Shown: positions 30,522-40,684 of the stretch, one piece after another
Numbering within the stretch: position 1 is the stretch's first letter
How the letters are laid out: each line of letters begins with the position of its first letter
Assembly: GCA_038117045.1 (NCBI GenBank)
Contig: JAYOFE010000015.1
Location: 18,240-82,239 of the forward strand
DNA: 64,000 bases
Origin: Alphaproteobacteria bacterium
GTDB lineage: Bacteria; Pseudomonadota; Alphaproteobacteria; UBA6615
Reading direction: 5' to 3'
The notes under the pieces: generated by a model
Told to the model about the DNA's origin: nothing
Database searches by the model: none
Seen by the model: only the letters and a program-made list of their open reading frames with translations
Made by a program: the position numbers and the translations under genes

Positions 30522-31571
30522 CTAGCGCGTCGAATTTCGCCGCTCGCGCTGGATGCGCCGCCATTTCGCGACATTGCGGTTGTGCTCGGCGAGCGTGCGC
30601 GCGAAGGCATGCCCACCTGAACCATCAGCCACGAAATAGAGATCCTTCGTCTCCGCCGTATGCAACACGGCGGCGATACTCTCGCGGCCCGGATTGGCGA
30701 TGGGCGCGGGCGGCAGGCCGTCACGGGTGTAGGTGTTGAACGGGTGGTCCGTCTCGAGGTGCCTGTTCAGGAGACGGCCCGAGAATTCGCCCTCATCGGT
30801 CGCGAACCCGTAGGCCACCGTAGGATCGGACTGCAGACGCATGCCGCGCTTGAGGCGGTTGATGAAGACCGCCGCCACGAGCGGGCGTTCTTCCGGGACC
30901 CCGGTTTCCTTCTCCACGATCGAGGCGAGGATCAATGCTTCTTCCGGTGAGGACAGCGGCAGCCCCTCATCCCGCGCCGCCCATTCCCTTGCCAGCGTCT
31001 CCTTCATCGACGCCTGCATCCGCGCGACAATGTCTGCTCGCGTGTCACCGAGGCTGAAGTGATAGGTCTCGGGCAGCAGGGCCCCCTCGCCGACCTGGAC
31101 GGGATCGGGAGCATCACCTTCGAGACCTTCCGCAAGGCTGAGAACAGCCAGCGCCTCACGCGTCGTCAGCCCCTCGGCGATAGTCACCCGCCGGACGACG
31201 GTGTCACCGTCCTGCAGCTTGCCAATGGCCTGCTGCAGGCTGACGGACGCGGGAAATGCATACTCGCCCGCGCGCATCGGCCGCTCGGATGCAAACAGCC
31301 GCAGCGCGACCCGGACCAGGCGCGGGTCAGCCGCAATTCCAGCATCCACGAGCCTGCGCACGATCGCCCGGCCGCTCGATCCGGGCGGGATCACGACCAC
31401 CGTGTCGGCAGCCAGCGGACCCGGGTCCGTGTAGGCGCGGTGCAGCATCACGAAACCGCCGCCCGCCACGGTCGCCAGCGCAATCAGCAGGAACACGAAG
31501 ATGGACACCATCCAACCCACCCGGCGATGCGGGCGCGGTGCGTATTCGTGTGTTTCGGGTGTCTCGCTCAT
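30522..31571 (-). CDS. mltG: Endolytic murein transglycosylase MltG (YceG-like)
   Basis: N-terminal TM anchor. YceG domain with the typical C-terminal motif PFNTYTRDGLPPAPIANPG. Conserved position downstream of fabF. Confidence 0.8.
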   Translation of the reverse strand: MSETPETHEYAPRPHRRVGWMVSIFVFLLIALATVAGGGFVMLHRAYTDPGPLAADTVVVIPPGSSGRAIVRRLVDAGIAADPRLVRVALRLFASERPMRAGEYAFPASVSLQQAIGKLQDGDTVVRRVTIAEGLTTREALAVLSLAEGLEGDAPDPVQVGEGALLPETYHFSLGDTRADIVARMQASMKETLAREWAARDEGLPLSSPEEALILASIVEKETGVPEERPLVAAVFINRLKRGMRLQSDPTVAYGFATDEGEFSGRLLNRHLETDHPFNTYTRDGLPPAPIANPGRESIAAVLHTAETKDLYFVADGSGGHAFARTLAEHNRNVAKWRRIQRERRNSTR

Positions 31572-31610
31572 GTGCCGGCGATGTTAGCCGGGAATGGGGG
31601 AGTCGTAAGG

Positions 31611-32870
31611 TCAGACCTCGGCGAAAACGAGGCTCGCATTGGTCCCGCCGAAACCGAAGGAATTGCTGAGTGCATAGCGCACCTTGCGCTCCTTGGCCGT
31701 GTGGGGCACGAGGTCGATATCGCAGGCATCCGACGGATCGTCGAGATTGATCGTCGGCGGGACAACATCCTTGTTGATCGCCATGATCGAATAGACCGCC
31801 TCGACCGCACCTGCCGCCCCGAGCAGGTGGCCGATCGCGGACTTTGTCGAGGACATCGACAGGTTGTAGGCGTGTTCGCCAAACAGGCGCTTGACCGCAC
31901 CAAGCTCGATCTCGTCACCCAGCGGTGTCGAGGTGCCGTGTGCGTTCACGTAGTCGATGTCTTCGGGATTGAGGCCCGCACGCTTCAGTGCCGCCTGCAT
32001 GGAGCGGAAACCGCCATTGCCATCCTCGGCCGGCGCCGTGATGTGGTGCGCATCGCCCGACAGGCCGTAGCCGACGACTTCGGCGTAGATATGCGCGCCC
32101 CGCTCCTTGGCGTGCTCGTATTCTTCCAGCACCACCACGCCCGCGCCCTCGCCCATGACGAACCCGTCACGACCCTTGTCGTAGGGGCGCGAGGCCTGGG
32201 TGGGCGTGTCGTTGTAGCCGGTGGACAGCGCACGGCAGGCCGCGAAGCCGGCGATGCCGATGCGGCAGATGGCAGCCTCCGCGCCGCCCGCAACCATTAC
32301 GTCCGCGTCATCCAGCATAATAAGCCGGGCTGCGTCACCGATGGCATGCGCACCCGTCGAGCAGGCCGTGACCACCGCGTGGTTCGGTCCCTTGAAGCCG
32401 TAGCGGATCGAGACATGGCCCGAGGCCAGGTTGATCAGTGCGGAGGGGATGAAGAACGGTCCGACCTTGCGCGGCCCCTGCTCGTTCAGCAGATTCTCGC
32501 CGTTGGCGATGGTCTGCAGCCCGCCGATGCCGGAGCCGATCATCACGCCGGTGCGCCACTGGTCCTCATCGGCTTCCGGCTTCCAGCCGGAATCCTCGAC
32601 CGCCTGCACCGCCGCCGCAATGCCATAGACGATGAACTCGTCGATCCGGCGCTGTTCCTTGGAGGACACGAAATCGTCAGCATTGAACGTGCCGTTCGTC
32701 CCGTCACCGCGCGGCACCTGGGCCGCGATCTTGGCGGGAAGATCGGAAACGTCAAACTTCTCGATTGTCCGGGCACCAGACTCACCTGCGGTCAGGCGGG
32801 CCCAGTTGTGATCGAGTCCCACGCCGAGCGGCGTGACGAGACCCATTCCGGTGACGACGACTCGTCTCAT
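31611..32870 (-). CDS. fabF: 3-oxoacyl-ACP synthase II
   Basis: Active-site Cys in VVTACSTGAHAIGDA. HTKS-type motifs NAHGTSTPLGD and SMSSTKSAIGHLLGAAG. GFGGTNASLVF. Confidence 0.9.
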   Translation of the reverse strand: MRRVVVTGMGLVTPLGVGLDHNWARLTAGESGARTIEKFDVSDLPAKIAAQVPRGDGTNGTFNADDFVSSKEQRRIDEFIVYGIAAAVQAVEDSGWKPEADEDQWRTGVMIGSGIGGLQTIANGENLLNEQGPRKVGPFFIPSALINLASGHVSIRYGFKGPNHAVVTACSTGAHAIGDAARLIMLDDADVMVAGGAEAAICRIGIAGFAACRALSTGYNDTPTQASRPYDKGRDGFVMGEGAGVVVLEEYEHAKERGAHIYAEVVGYGLSGDAHHITAPAEDGNGGFRSMQAALKRAGLNPEDIDYVNAHGTSTPLGDEIELGAVKRLFGEHAYNLSMSSTKSAIGHLLGAAGAVEAVYSIMAINKDVVPPTINLDDPSDACDIDLVPHTAKERKVRYALSNSFGFGGTNASLVFAEV

Positions 32871-32903
32871 GGAATTCCGATTGCGGTGATTGTCGGTCGA
32901 ATG

Positions 32904-32929
32904 GCCCGCAATGGCATATCCATGCGGGC
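32904..32929 (-). terminator. GC-rich hairpin in the acpP-fabF intergenic region (possible attenuator / partial terminator)
   Basis: + strand gcccgcaATGGcatatCCATgcgggc forms a ~10-bp stem with one bulge. It lies just 3' of the acpP stop on the minus strand. There is no clear U-tract. Confidence 0.3.
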
Positions 32930-32942
32930 CGGGTACCGTGCG

Positions 32943-33179
32943 TTAGTCGGCGGCTTCTTCGAGGAACTTCACTGCATCGCCGACGGTCAGGATCTTCTCC
33001 GCGGCGTCGTCCGGAATTTCACACCCGAACTCTTCCTCGAACGCCATCACCAGTTCGACGGTGTCGAGGCTGTCCGCCCCAAGATCATCAATGAAGCTCG
33101 CGTTCTCGGTGACTTTGCCTTCGTCGACGCCCAGATGCTCGACGACGATCTTTTGCACGCGCTCGGCAATATCGCTCAT
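32943..33179 (-). CDS. acpP: Acyl carrier protein
   Basis: 78 aa. Phosphopantetheine-attachment motif [19 protein letters not shown]. Confidence 0.9.
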   Translation of the reverse strand: MSDIAERVQKIVVEHLGVDEGKVTENASFIDDLGADSLDTVELVMAFEEEFGCEIPDDAAEKILTVGDAVKFLEEAAD

Positions 33180-33386
33180 TTCTGCCTGCCCTCGGTTCTT
33201 GTTTCATGATCCCGGTACGGGATGGTTAAGCACGGGATGATTTAAGACGATTCGGTGACGGGGTTCCCCCCAAAAAACGACCGCCAATCCCTATCATAGC
33301 GCCTTATGACGGACCGTGGCCCGAAAACAGCGCCCATGGAGGGCGCGACTTAGCCGCGTTCGCTCGTAACGTCAAGCGCGCGCCGG

Positions 33387-34124
33387 TCAGATCATCGCCA
33401 TTCCGCCGTTCACGTGGAGTGTCTGGCCGGTGACATAGGACGCTTCCTCACTTGCCAGGAAGACCGCGCAGGCCGCCACATCGTCGACCACGCCGAGCCG
33501 CCCTGCGGGGATTCGGCCCAGCAGCGCTGCCTTCTGGTCATCGGACAGGGCATCGGTCATGGGCGTCTCGATGAAGCCCGGCGCGATGCAGTTCACGGTG
33601 ATCCCGCGGCCGGCGACTTCCTGTGCGAGCGCCTTGGTCATGCCGGTCAGGCCGGCCTTGGACGCGGCGTAGTTGACCTGTCCCGGATTTCCGGTCGCCC
33701 CGACGACCGATGTCACGGTGACAATCCGTCCCCAGCGCGCCTTCATCATGCCGCGCAGCACCGCGCGGCTGAGCCGGAAGGCGGAGGACAGGTTGACGTC
33801 GATGACCTCCTGCCACTCCTCGTCCTTCATGCGCATGGCGAGGTTGTCGCGCGTCAGGCCCGCATTGTTGATCAGGATGTCGACGCCGCCGCCGGCCTCA
33901 CCCGCCGCCGCAATCAACGCGTCGGGCGCTTCGGGATCGGAGAGGTTGGCGGCAACGGCAAAACAGCGCTCCCCGAGTTCGCTCACCAGCGCGTCGAGTT
34001 TCTCCGCCCGGGTGCCGCTGGCCACGATCGTCGCGCCGCAGCCGTGGAGATGGCGCGCAATTGCCCCGCCGATGCCACCGGTGGCCCCGGTGACCAGAGC
34101 CGTCTTGCCTTGAAGGTCGAACAT
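33387..34124 (-). CDS. fabG: 3-oxoacyl-ACP reductase
   Basis: SDR with TGATGGIG, NNAG and YAASKAG motifs. Positioned between fabD and acpP. Confidence 0.9.
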   Translation of the reverse strand: MFDLQGKTALVTGATGGIGGAIARHLHGCGATIVASGTRAEKLDALVSELGERCFAVAANLSDPEAPDALIAAAGEAGGGVDILINNAGLTRDNLAMRMKDEEWQEVIDVNLSSAFRLSRAVLRGMMKARWGRIVTVTSVVGATGNPGQVNYAASKAGLTGMTKALAQEVAGRGITVNCIAPGFIETPMTDALSDDQKAALLGRIPAGRLGVVDDVAACAVFLASEEASYVTGQTLHVNGGMAMI

Positions 34125-34136
34125 GCCGCGTCTCCT

Positions 34137-35078
34137 CTAGAGCGATCCGAGAAAATCTTCGATGTCTGCGGGGGTACCGACCGACCGCGCACCCAGGTCG
34201 CGGTCGATCCGGCGCGCCAGGCCCGTCAGTACCTTGCCAGCGCCCACCTCGCACAATTCCTCGACGCCGAGGTCGCGCATGGCCAGCACGCATTCTCGCC
34301 AGCGCACCCGGCTCGTGACCTGCTCGATCAGCAGGTTGCGGATCTCGTCAGGATCGGAGACCGGTGCCGCCGTGACGTTCGCGACCACCGGAGGGTTCGG
34401 GGCAGAGATTCTCGCCGTGGCCAGCGCATAGGTCATCACGTCGGCGGCCGGGTCGAGCAGCGAGCAATGAAAAGGTGCGCTGACCGGCAGCAGGATCGCG
34501 CGGCGCACACCGCGTTCCTTGGCAATTTCAACCGCGCGTTCGACGGCTGCGGCGTTACCACTGACGACGACCTGACCTTCGGAATTGTCGTTGGCGACCT
34601 CGCACACCTCGTCGCCGGCCGCCTCGGCAGCAATCTCCTCGACCTCTTCAAGGCTGGGGCCAAGGATCGCGGCCATGGCGCCTTCCCCCACCGGGACGGC
34701 GGCCTGCATGGCCTCACCGCGCGTCTGCAGCAGGCGGGCAGCCTCGGCCAGCGGGATCGCCCCCGCCGCGGCGAGGGCCGAATATTCACCGAGGCTGTGC
34801 CCCGCCACATAGGCGGCGATATCGGAGATGGACTTGCCGCCTTCCTGCTCGATCACGCGCACGACAGCCATGCTGACGGCCATCAGCGCCGGCTGGGCAT
34901 TTTCCGTCAGGGTCAGTTCTTCCTGCGGCCCCTCGAACATGATCCGGCTGAGACGCCTTTCCAGCGCGTCGTCCACCTCCTCGAACACGAGGCGCGCCGC
35001 GGGAAAGGCATCCGCAAGATCCTGGCCCATGCCAACTTCCTGGCTTCCCTGACCGGGACAAACTATCGCGCGGCTCAT
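34137..35078 (-). CDS. fabD: Malonyl-CoA:ACP transacylase
   Basis: Active-site GHSLGEYSAL. Start reads AIVCPGQGSQ. ~313 aa. Confidence 0.9.
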   Translation of the reverse strand: MSRAIVCPGQGSQEVGMGQDLADAFPAARLVFEEVDDALERRLSRIMFEGPQEELTLTENAQPALMAVSMAVVRVIEQEGGKSISDIAAYVAGHSLGEYSALAAAGAIPLAEAARLLQTRGEAMQAAVPVGEGAMAAILGPSLEEVEEIAAEAAGDEVCEVANDNSEGQVVVSGNAAAVERAVEIAKERGVRRAILLPVSAPFHCSLLDPAADVMTYALATARISAPNPPVVANVTAAPVSDPDEIRNLLIEQVTSRVRWRECVLAMRDLGVEELCEVGAGKVLTGLARRIDRDLGARSVGTPADIEDFLGSL

Positions 35079-35327
35079 TCTCTAACCCCCGAAAATCGAA
35101 ACACGCCAGTCATATAGCCGGCAAATGCGTCCCGCAAGGCAGCAGAGGAAGCGCTTGCGCGGGCCTCCGGCTTGTGGTTATTACCGCCGCTCAAGCGGCA
35201 CGGGAGAAATCCGCGCCGTACTCCTTGCCGGCGAAGCATGGTGCCCGCCGGCTATGACCGTGCAGCCGCGGCCCGGGATCGGGGCGATCGTCGGCGGTCA
35301 GTGAACAGCCAGAGGGAGTCGCATTCA

Positions 35328-35768
35328 ATGCCACTCTATGAACACGTGTTTATTGCGCGCCAGGACATCTCCGGTGCGCAGGTCGACCAGCTCGTCGAGG
35401 CCTTCACCGGCGTTGTCGAGAATGGCGGCGGCAAGGTCGTCGGGACGGAGTCCTGGGGCCTTCGCAACCTTGCCTACCGGATCAAAAAGAACCGGAAGGG
35501 CCACTACGTCATGATGAATCTGGACGCACCGTCCGATGTCGTCACCGAACTTGAGCGCCAGCAGCGCATCCACGACGACATTCTTCGCTACATGACGCTC
35601 CGCGTCGAGGAAATCGAGGAAGGCCCGTCGGTGATGCTCCAGGGCCGCAAGGAACGCGGTCCGCGTCGCGACGACGACGATGACGGCGAGGAACGTCCGC
35701 GCCGTGCAGCACCCGTGTCGGATGACAGTTCTTCTGACGACAACTCCAGCGACGGAGACATCGAATAA
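35328..35768 (+). CDS. rpsF: 30S ribosomal protein S6, with an acidic Ser/Asp-rich C-terminal tail
   Basis: [13 protein letters not shown]...[20 protein letters not shown] verified at 35328. Tail reads DDDDDGEE...[16 protein letters not shown]. Confidence 0.85.
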   Translation: MPLYEHVFIARQDISGAQVDQLVEAFTGVVENGGGKVVGTESWGLRNLAYRIKKNRKGHYVMMNLDAPSDVVTELERQQRIHDDILRYMTLRVEEIEEGPSVMLQGRKERGPRRDDDDDGEERPRRAAPVSDDSSSDDNSSDGDIE

Positions 35769-36016
35769 TGGCTATGGGACCCCGTGGCGGCGGACGCCGT
35801 CCGTTCTTCCGCCGGCGCAAGACCTGCCCGTTCTCGGGCGCCAATGCGCCGAAGATCGACTACAAGGACACGAAGCTCCTGTCGCGCTACATCTCCGAGC
35901 GCGGCAAGATCGTTCCCAGCCGCATCACCGCGGTGTCGGCCAAGAAGCAGCGTGAGCTCTCCCGTGCCATCAAGCGCGCGCGTTTCCTCGCTCTGCTGCC
36001 CTACGTCGTCGATTGA
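35768..36016 (+). CDS. rpsR: 30S ribosomal protein S18
   Basis: [10 protein letters not shown]...[51 protein letters not shown]. The start overlaps the rpsF stop (TAATG). Confidence 0.9.
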   Translation: MAMGPRGGGRRPFFRRRKTCPFSGANAPKIDYKDTKLLSRYISERGKIVPSRITAVSAKKQRELSRAIKRARFLALLPYVVD

Positions 36017-36065
36017 TCGCAGACCGCCCGCGCAGCCGTAAGGCTGCCGGACGGAGCAGGAACCG

Positions 36066-37028
36066 ATGCAGGGAACGGCAAAAAATCTGGCGCTGACACT
36101 GGGCGCAGGCGCGGCCGCGGCGATTCTGTTCGCCGTGCCGTTCGCCTTTGGCCCGGCCGCCGTGGCGCCGCTGACCCTGACCGGCGTGCCATTAGTGGCC
36201 GCGGGTCTAGGGCTCGGCGTCCTCGCGGCAATCGGCGCCGGGCTCACCGGCCTCGCCCTGGTCGCAATCTTTACACTGCTGCTCGCACTGGGCTCGGAGC
36301 CGATCGTCCTGTTCGCAGGCCTGTTCGTCATCCCTGTCGTCTTCTCGGTGCAGCAACTGCAGCGCACCCGCACGGACTCGCTGGGCTACATCGAGTGGCA
36401 TCCGCCGCTCAACGTGATGGCCTGGCTTCTGGGCGGCGCGCTGCTGGCGATGATTGCCTTCGGCATCATGGTCATGCAGGGGCTGTCCGACCTTGATGCC
36501 ATGACGAAGTCGTTCCTCGAGCCGACCCTGACCGGAATGATGCCCGAGACGGGCTATCACCACATCCGCAGGATGGTCGAACTTCTGACCCCGGTGTTTC
36601 CGGGTTCGGTTTTGGCCTTGTGGCTCGTGATGCTGTCGATTGCGACGGCGGGCGCGCTGGCCATTCTCCATCGCATCGGCGCCCTGCAAAGGCCAGCCCC
36701 GCGCATGGAAGACCTGCGCCTGCCACAGTGGATCCCGGTGGCGTTTGCCGTCGCACTCCTGTTCTGGGCTGTCGGTGACATCAACTACGCCTACCTCGGG
36801 CGCAACGCCGCCATCGCGATGATGGTGCCGATGTTCCTGTCGGGGGCCAGTGCGTTCCATGCGATCGCACGCCGGACACCCATCACTTACCTCGTCAATG
36901 CCGTGTTCTACGGCTTCATGGTCGTTTTCCCGCCCCTCATCGCGCTTGTCGCGGCGATCGGCGTGGCAGATCAAACTCTCAATCTTCGCCGCCGGATCGG
37001 GCTCCCGCCCGCTGGCCAGGAGGTCTGA
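36066..37028 (+). CDS. Polytopic inner-membrane protein (DUF2232-like) inserted between rpsR and rplI
   Basis: ~8 predicted TM helices, Ala/Leu/Gly-rich. Alphaproteobacteria commonly carry a DUF2232 membrane protein at this locus; family assignment is from memory. Confidence 0.5.
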   Translation: MQGTAKNLALTLGAGAAAAILFAVPFAFGPAAVAPLTLTGVPLVAAGLGLGVLAAIGAGLTGLALVAIFTLLLALGSEPIVLFAGLFVIPVVFSVQQLQRTRTDSLGYIEWHPPLNVMAWLLGGALLAMIAFGIMVMQGLSDLDAMTKSFLEPTLTGMMPETGYHHIRRMVELLTPVFPGSVLALWLVMLSIATAGALAILHRIGALQRPAPRMEDLRLPQWIPVAFAVALLFWAVGDINYAYLGRNAAIAMMVPMFLSGASAFHAIARRTPITYLVNAVFYGFMVVFPPLIALVAAIGVADQTLNLRRRIGLPPAGQEV

Positions 37029-37030
37029 AA

Positions 37031-37708
37031 ATGCAAGTTATCCTTCTCGAACGCATCGAAAAGCTGGGCCAGATGGGTGACGTCGTCACCGTCAAGCCGG
37101 GCTTTGCGCGCAACTTCCTTCTTCCCCAGAAGAAGGCCCTTCGTGCGACCGATGAAAACCGCAGCTTCTTCGAGTCCCAGCGGACCCAGCTCGAGGCTGA
37201 AAACCTTGAACGCCGCAAGGACGCCGAGGCGGTCGCGAGCAAGATCGAGTCGCTCAACATCGTCCTGACCCGTCAGGCCGGCGACAGCGGCCAGCTCTAT
37301 GGTTCAGTTACCGCGCGCGACATTTCGGATGCCGTCTCCGAGGCCGGTGTGACGATCGCACGCGGGCAGGTGATGATGGATCGCCCGATCAAGGAACTCG
37401 GCCTGCACCCCGTGCGCGTATCACTGCATCCGGAAGTCCAGATCGAGCTGACGGCCAACGTCGCCCGCAATGCGGACGAGGCAGAAATCCAGCGCGAGCG
37501 TGGCCAGTCGATCACCGAGATTGCCGAGGAAGACGAGGCTGCGGAGGCTGCGGTTGCATTGGCCGAGCAGGCCCTGGCCGTTGCCGACGACAAGTCGGCC
37601 GAGGCCGAGGCTATCGAGGGTTTGGTCGAGGAAGAAGTCGCCGAGCGCGTTGCCGAGGAAGCCGGTGATCCGGCTGACGAGGACGGCGAAGAGACCACCA
37701 GCGCCTGA
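37031..37708 (+). CDS. rplI: 50S ribosomal protein L9 with ~75-aa acidic C-terminal extension
   Basis: [36 protein letters not shown] is the canonical L9 N-domain. The C-terminal domain is followed by an Ala/Glu-rich tail ([32 protein letters not shown]...EDGEETTSA). Confidence 0.85.
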   Translation: MQVILLERIEKLGQMGDVVTVKPGFARNFLLPQKKALRATDENRSFFESQRTQLEAENLERRKDAEAVASKIESLNIVLTRQAGDSGQLYGSVTARDISDAVSEAGVTIARGQVMMDRPIKELGLHPVRVSLHPEVQIELTANVARNADEAEIQRERGQSITEIAEEDEAAEAAVALAEQALAVADDKSAEAEAIEGLVEEEVAERVAEEAGDPADEDGEETTSA

Positions 37709-37795
37709 GAGTGATCCTTGTTTTGCCCACGTGATCGAGTTTTGCTAGCGTTTCTCCCGGCGTCGTAACGAATCATTTGGCAGCGGGGGGCTGCG

Positions 37796-39028
37796 ATGCT
37801 TCTGGCTCGGTTTCTCGGGGCGGTTTTCGAGAAGGGCGACCTCACGCTCATCGACGCGCGAGGTCGCACTCACAGGATCGGTGACGGAAGTGCACCGAAG
37901 GTCACCATCCGCGTCCATGACGGGGCGACGGAACGGCGACTGTTGATGAACCCGCGTCTCGCGGCCGGTGAGTCCTACATGGACGGCACCCTGACCATCG
38001 AGGAAGGATCGCTCTACGACCTCCTCGAACTGGTCGGGGTCAATATCGATGATTTCGAGAACCACTGGTTTTCGGATTTCAGCGCCTTCCTGAGCCGGCT
38101 GTCGCGGCGGGTCCAGCAATACAATCCGGTCGGCAAGGCCCAGCGCAACGTCGCGCACCACTATGACCTGTCAGACGACCTTTACGACCTGTTCCTCGAC
38201 AGCGACCGCCAGTATTCCTGCGCCTACTTCGACGGCACCCACAACGACCTCGAACGCGCCCAGGAAGACAAGAAACGCCACATCGCCGCCAAGCTGCTTC
38301 TCAACGAACCGGGCCTGAAGGTCCTCGATATCGGCTCAGGCTGGGGGGGCATGGGCCTGTATCTCTCGAAGTTAACCGGTGCGGATGTCACTGGTGTGAC
38401 GCTCTCGACCGAACAGCACAAGGTGAGCAAGCGCCGGGCCGCAGAGGCCGGCCTGTCGGACCGGGTCCGCTTCAAGCTCCAAGACTATCGCGACGAGACC
38501 GGCACCTACGACCGGATCGTGTCGGTCGGCATGTTCGAGCATGTCGGCGCAGGCCACTTCCTCGAGTACTTCCGCAAGGCCCGCGAACTGCTGAAGGACG
38601 ACGGTGTCTTCCTGCTCCACTCGATTGGCCGCATGGACACGCCCGGCACGACCAACCCTTGGCTGCGCAAGTACATCTTCCCGGGTGGCTATACACCGGC
38701 GCTTTCTGAAACACTCTCCGCGATCGAGAAGGCCGGCCTCTGGGTCACCGACATCGAGATCCTGCGCCTGCACTACGCCGACACACTCCACCACTGGTAC
38801 GACCGGTTCATGGCCCAGCGTGACAAGGCACTTGAACTCTATGACGAGCGCTTCTGCCGGATGTGGGAGTTCTACCTGCTGGGCTGCGAGATCGCGTTCC
38901 GGCGCATGGGCCAGATGGTTTTCCAGATCCAGCTTGCAAAGCATCAGGAGGCCGTGCCGCTGACGCGAGACTACATCACGGACTGGGAACGTTCGGTCCG
39001 CGCGGAAGCCCACAAGGCCGCCGAGTAG
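37796..39028 (+). CDS. cfa: Cyclopropane-fatty-acyl-phospholipid synthase family methyltransferase
   Basis: SAM-binding motif VLDIGSGWGGMGLYL. VSVGMFEHVG. CFA-synthase-like C-terminus (YLLGCEIAFR). Confidence 0.8.
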   Translation: MLLARFLGAVFEKGDLTLIDARGRTHRIGDGSAPKVTIRVHDGATERRLLMNPRLAAGESYMDGTLTIEEGSLYDLLELVGVNIDDFENHWFSDFSAFLSRLSRRVQQYNPVGKAQRNVAHHYDLSDDLYDLFLDSDRQYSCAYFDGTHNDLERAQEDKKRHIAAKLLLNEPGLKVLDIGSGWGGMGLYLSKLTGADVTGVTLSTEQHKVSKRRAAEAGLSDRVRFKLQDYRDETGTYDRIVSVGMFEHVGAGHFLEYFRKARELLKDDGVFLLHSIGRMDTPGTTNPWLRKYIFPGGYTPALSETLSAIEKAGLWVTDIEILRLHYADTLHHWYDRFMAQRDKALELYDERFCRMWEFYLLGCEIAFRRMGQMVFQIQLAKHQEAVPLTRDYITDWERSVRAEAHKAAE

Positions 39029-39041
39029 CGCATATACTCCC

Positions 39042-39515
39042 ATGACGGGCCGGCCCGAGATTTATGTCGATGCCGACGCCTGCCCGGTGAAGGACGAGAT
39101 CCTTCGCGTTGCCGAACGGCACCAGCTTGCCGTCCATCTCGTATCCAACAGCGGCATGTTCGGCTACCACGGCCACCCGCTCGTCACGCAGACGGTCGTC
39201 AGTGAGGGCGCGGACGCCGCCGATGACTGGATTGCCGAGCGGATCGGCGCGCACGACATCGTCGTCACCCAGGATATCCCGCTGGCGGACCGCTGCATCA
39301 AGGCCGGAGCGCTGGCCCTGCGCCCCAACGGCCGGGTTCTGGACACGGCCTCGATCGGGATGGCGCTTGCCACGCGCGACCTAATGACGGACCTGCGTTC
39401 GTCCGGCGAGGTGACCCGCGGCCCTGCCGCGTTTTCCAAAGCCGACCGATCGAATTTTCTCCAGGCGCTGGAAAATCAGGTGCAGTCCGCCCTGCGGTCA
39501 ATCAACCGATCGTGA
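39042..39515 (+). CDS. yaiI: YaiI/UPF0178 (DUF188) family protein
   Basis: EIYVDADACPVKDEILRVAERHQLAVHLVSN matches the conserved DUF188 N-terminus. ~157 aa. Confidence 0.65.
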   Translation: MTGRPEIYVDADACPVKDEILRVAERHQLAVHLVSNSGMFGYHGHPLVTQTVVSEGADAADDWIAERIGAHDIVVTQDIPLADRCIKAGALALRPNGRVLDTASIGMALATRDLMTDLRSSGEVTRGPAAFSKADRSNFLQALENQVQSALRSINRS

Positions 39516-40485
39516 CGGTGACGCCGCCGACCTGACGCCCCTCTTCCACCATCGCGTGGGCCGCACCAATCTCCTCCAGCGGGAGTTCGGCGGCCACGCG
39601 GCTGGTCAGCCGCCCTTCCGACATCCAACGCGAGATATCCGCCACGCTCTGCTGCTTGAACGCTTCGGGCATCGTGAAGCAGCCGATGATATGCAGGCTG
39701 GGTGCTTTCGGCAGCAGCGGGTAGAACGGGAACGGCGTCACCGGCTCCGCCATCGACGCATAGGCGGCGATCACCGCGCCGGTCTTCAGGATCTTCATGG
39801 TGGTCTCGAAGTTACCGCCGAGTTCCACCTCCACCACGCGGTCGACCCCCTTGCCGCCGGTCAGCTCCAGCACGCGCGCCGCCACGTCCTCGCTCTTGTA
39901 GTTGATGGTGTGGGCCGCACCGTCGGCCGACGCGCGTTCGGCCTTCTCGTCCGAGCTCACGGTGCCGATCACGGTGGCCCCGCCGTTGCGCGCCATCTGC
40001 ACGGCGTAGTTCCCGACCGCACCCGCCGCGCCCGTCACCAGGATCGTCTGCCCCTCGACCGGCCCGTCCTTGTAGACGGCGGCATGGGCCGTCATCGCGG
40101 GAATGCCCAGGCACGCGCCTGCCGCAAAGCTCTGGCTGTCAGGCAGCGGGTTCGCGCGCGTCGCATCGATGGCGACGTACTCGGCCGCCGTGCCTTCCGG
40201 GCGGCGAAGGTGCGCCTCGTAGATCCAGACCCGTTCACCCACGCGAACCGCGTCTACGCCCGCGCCGACAGCCTCGATCACGCCCGCCCCGTCGAAGTGG
40301 GGGATCATGCGGTCCGCCATCATCGGCCCGCGATGTCCGGCGCGCCGTTTCACATCCAGCGGATTGATCCCGGACGCATGGACACGCACGAGGACCTGGC
40401 CTTCGCCGGCCTCCGGTTTCGGGTGATCACCGGTCCTGAACACCTTGTCCGCGTCCCCGAATTCTTCATACCAGGCTGCGCGCAT
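39502..40485 (-). CDS. qor: NADPH:quinone oxidoreductase / zinc-type alcohol dehydrogenase-like (MDR superfamily)
   Basis: GINPLDVKRRAGH near the N-terminus. Rossmann motif TGAAGAVGNYAVQMA. ~327 aa. Confidence 0.75.
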   Translation of the reverse strand: MRAAWYEEFGDADKVFRTGDHPKPEAGEGQVLVRVHASGINPLDVKRRAGHRGPMMADRMIPHFDGAGVIEAVGAGVDAVRVGERVWIYEAHLRRPEGTAAEYVAIDATRANPLPDSQSFAAGACLGIPAMTAHAAVYKDGPVEGQTILVTGAAGAVGNYAVQMARNGGATVIGTVSSDEKAERASADGAAHTINYKSEDVAARVLELTGGKGVDRVVEVELGGNFETTMKILKTGAVIAAYASMAEPVTPFPFYPLLPKAPSLHIIGCFTMPEAFKQQSVADISRWMSEGRLTSRVAAELPLEEIGAAHAMVEEGRQVGGVTVTIG

Positions 40486-40684
40486 ACTGCTACCTCCTCA
40501 TTTTTTCCCGGGCTTCTGCCGGATAATCGACACTATACCCGTTCACAAGAGCCCGGCGGCACAGGCAAAACCCGGATGCAAGCGGAAATCGGGACGAATT
40601 CACACGGCTTATCCTCATGTTCCACCAGACTCACGCCCGCTTCGCTACACTGTAACCGCGCTGACACCTATAGGGTGCCCCGCC

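Noticed and set aside
35079-35327. Possible S6:S18-binding autoregulatory leader upstream of rpsF
   Set aside because: I cannot recall the motif precisely enough to call it from sequence. It needs an Rfam scan.
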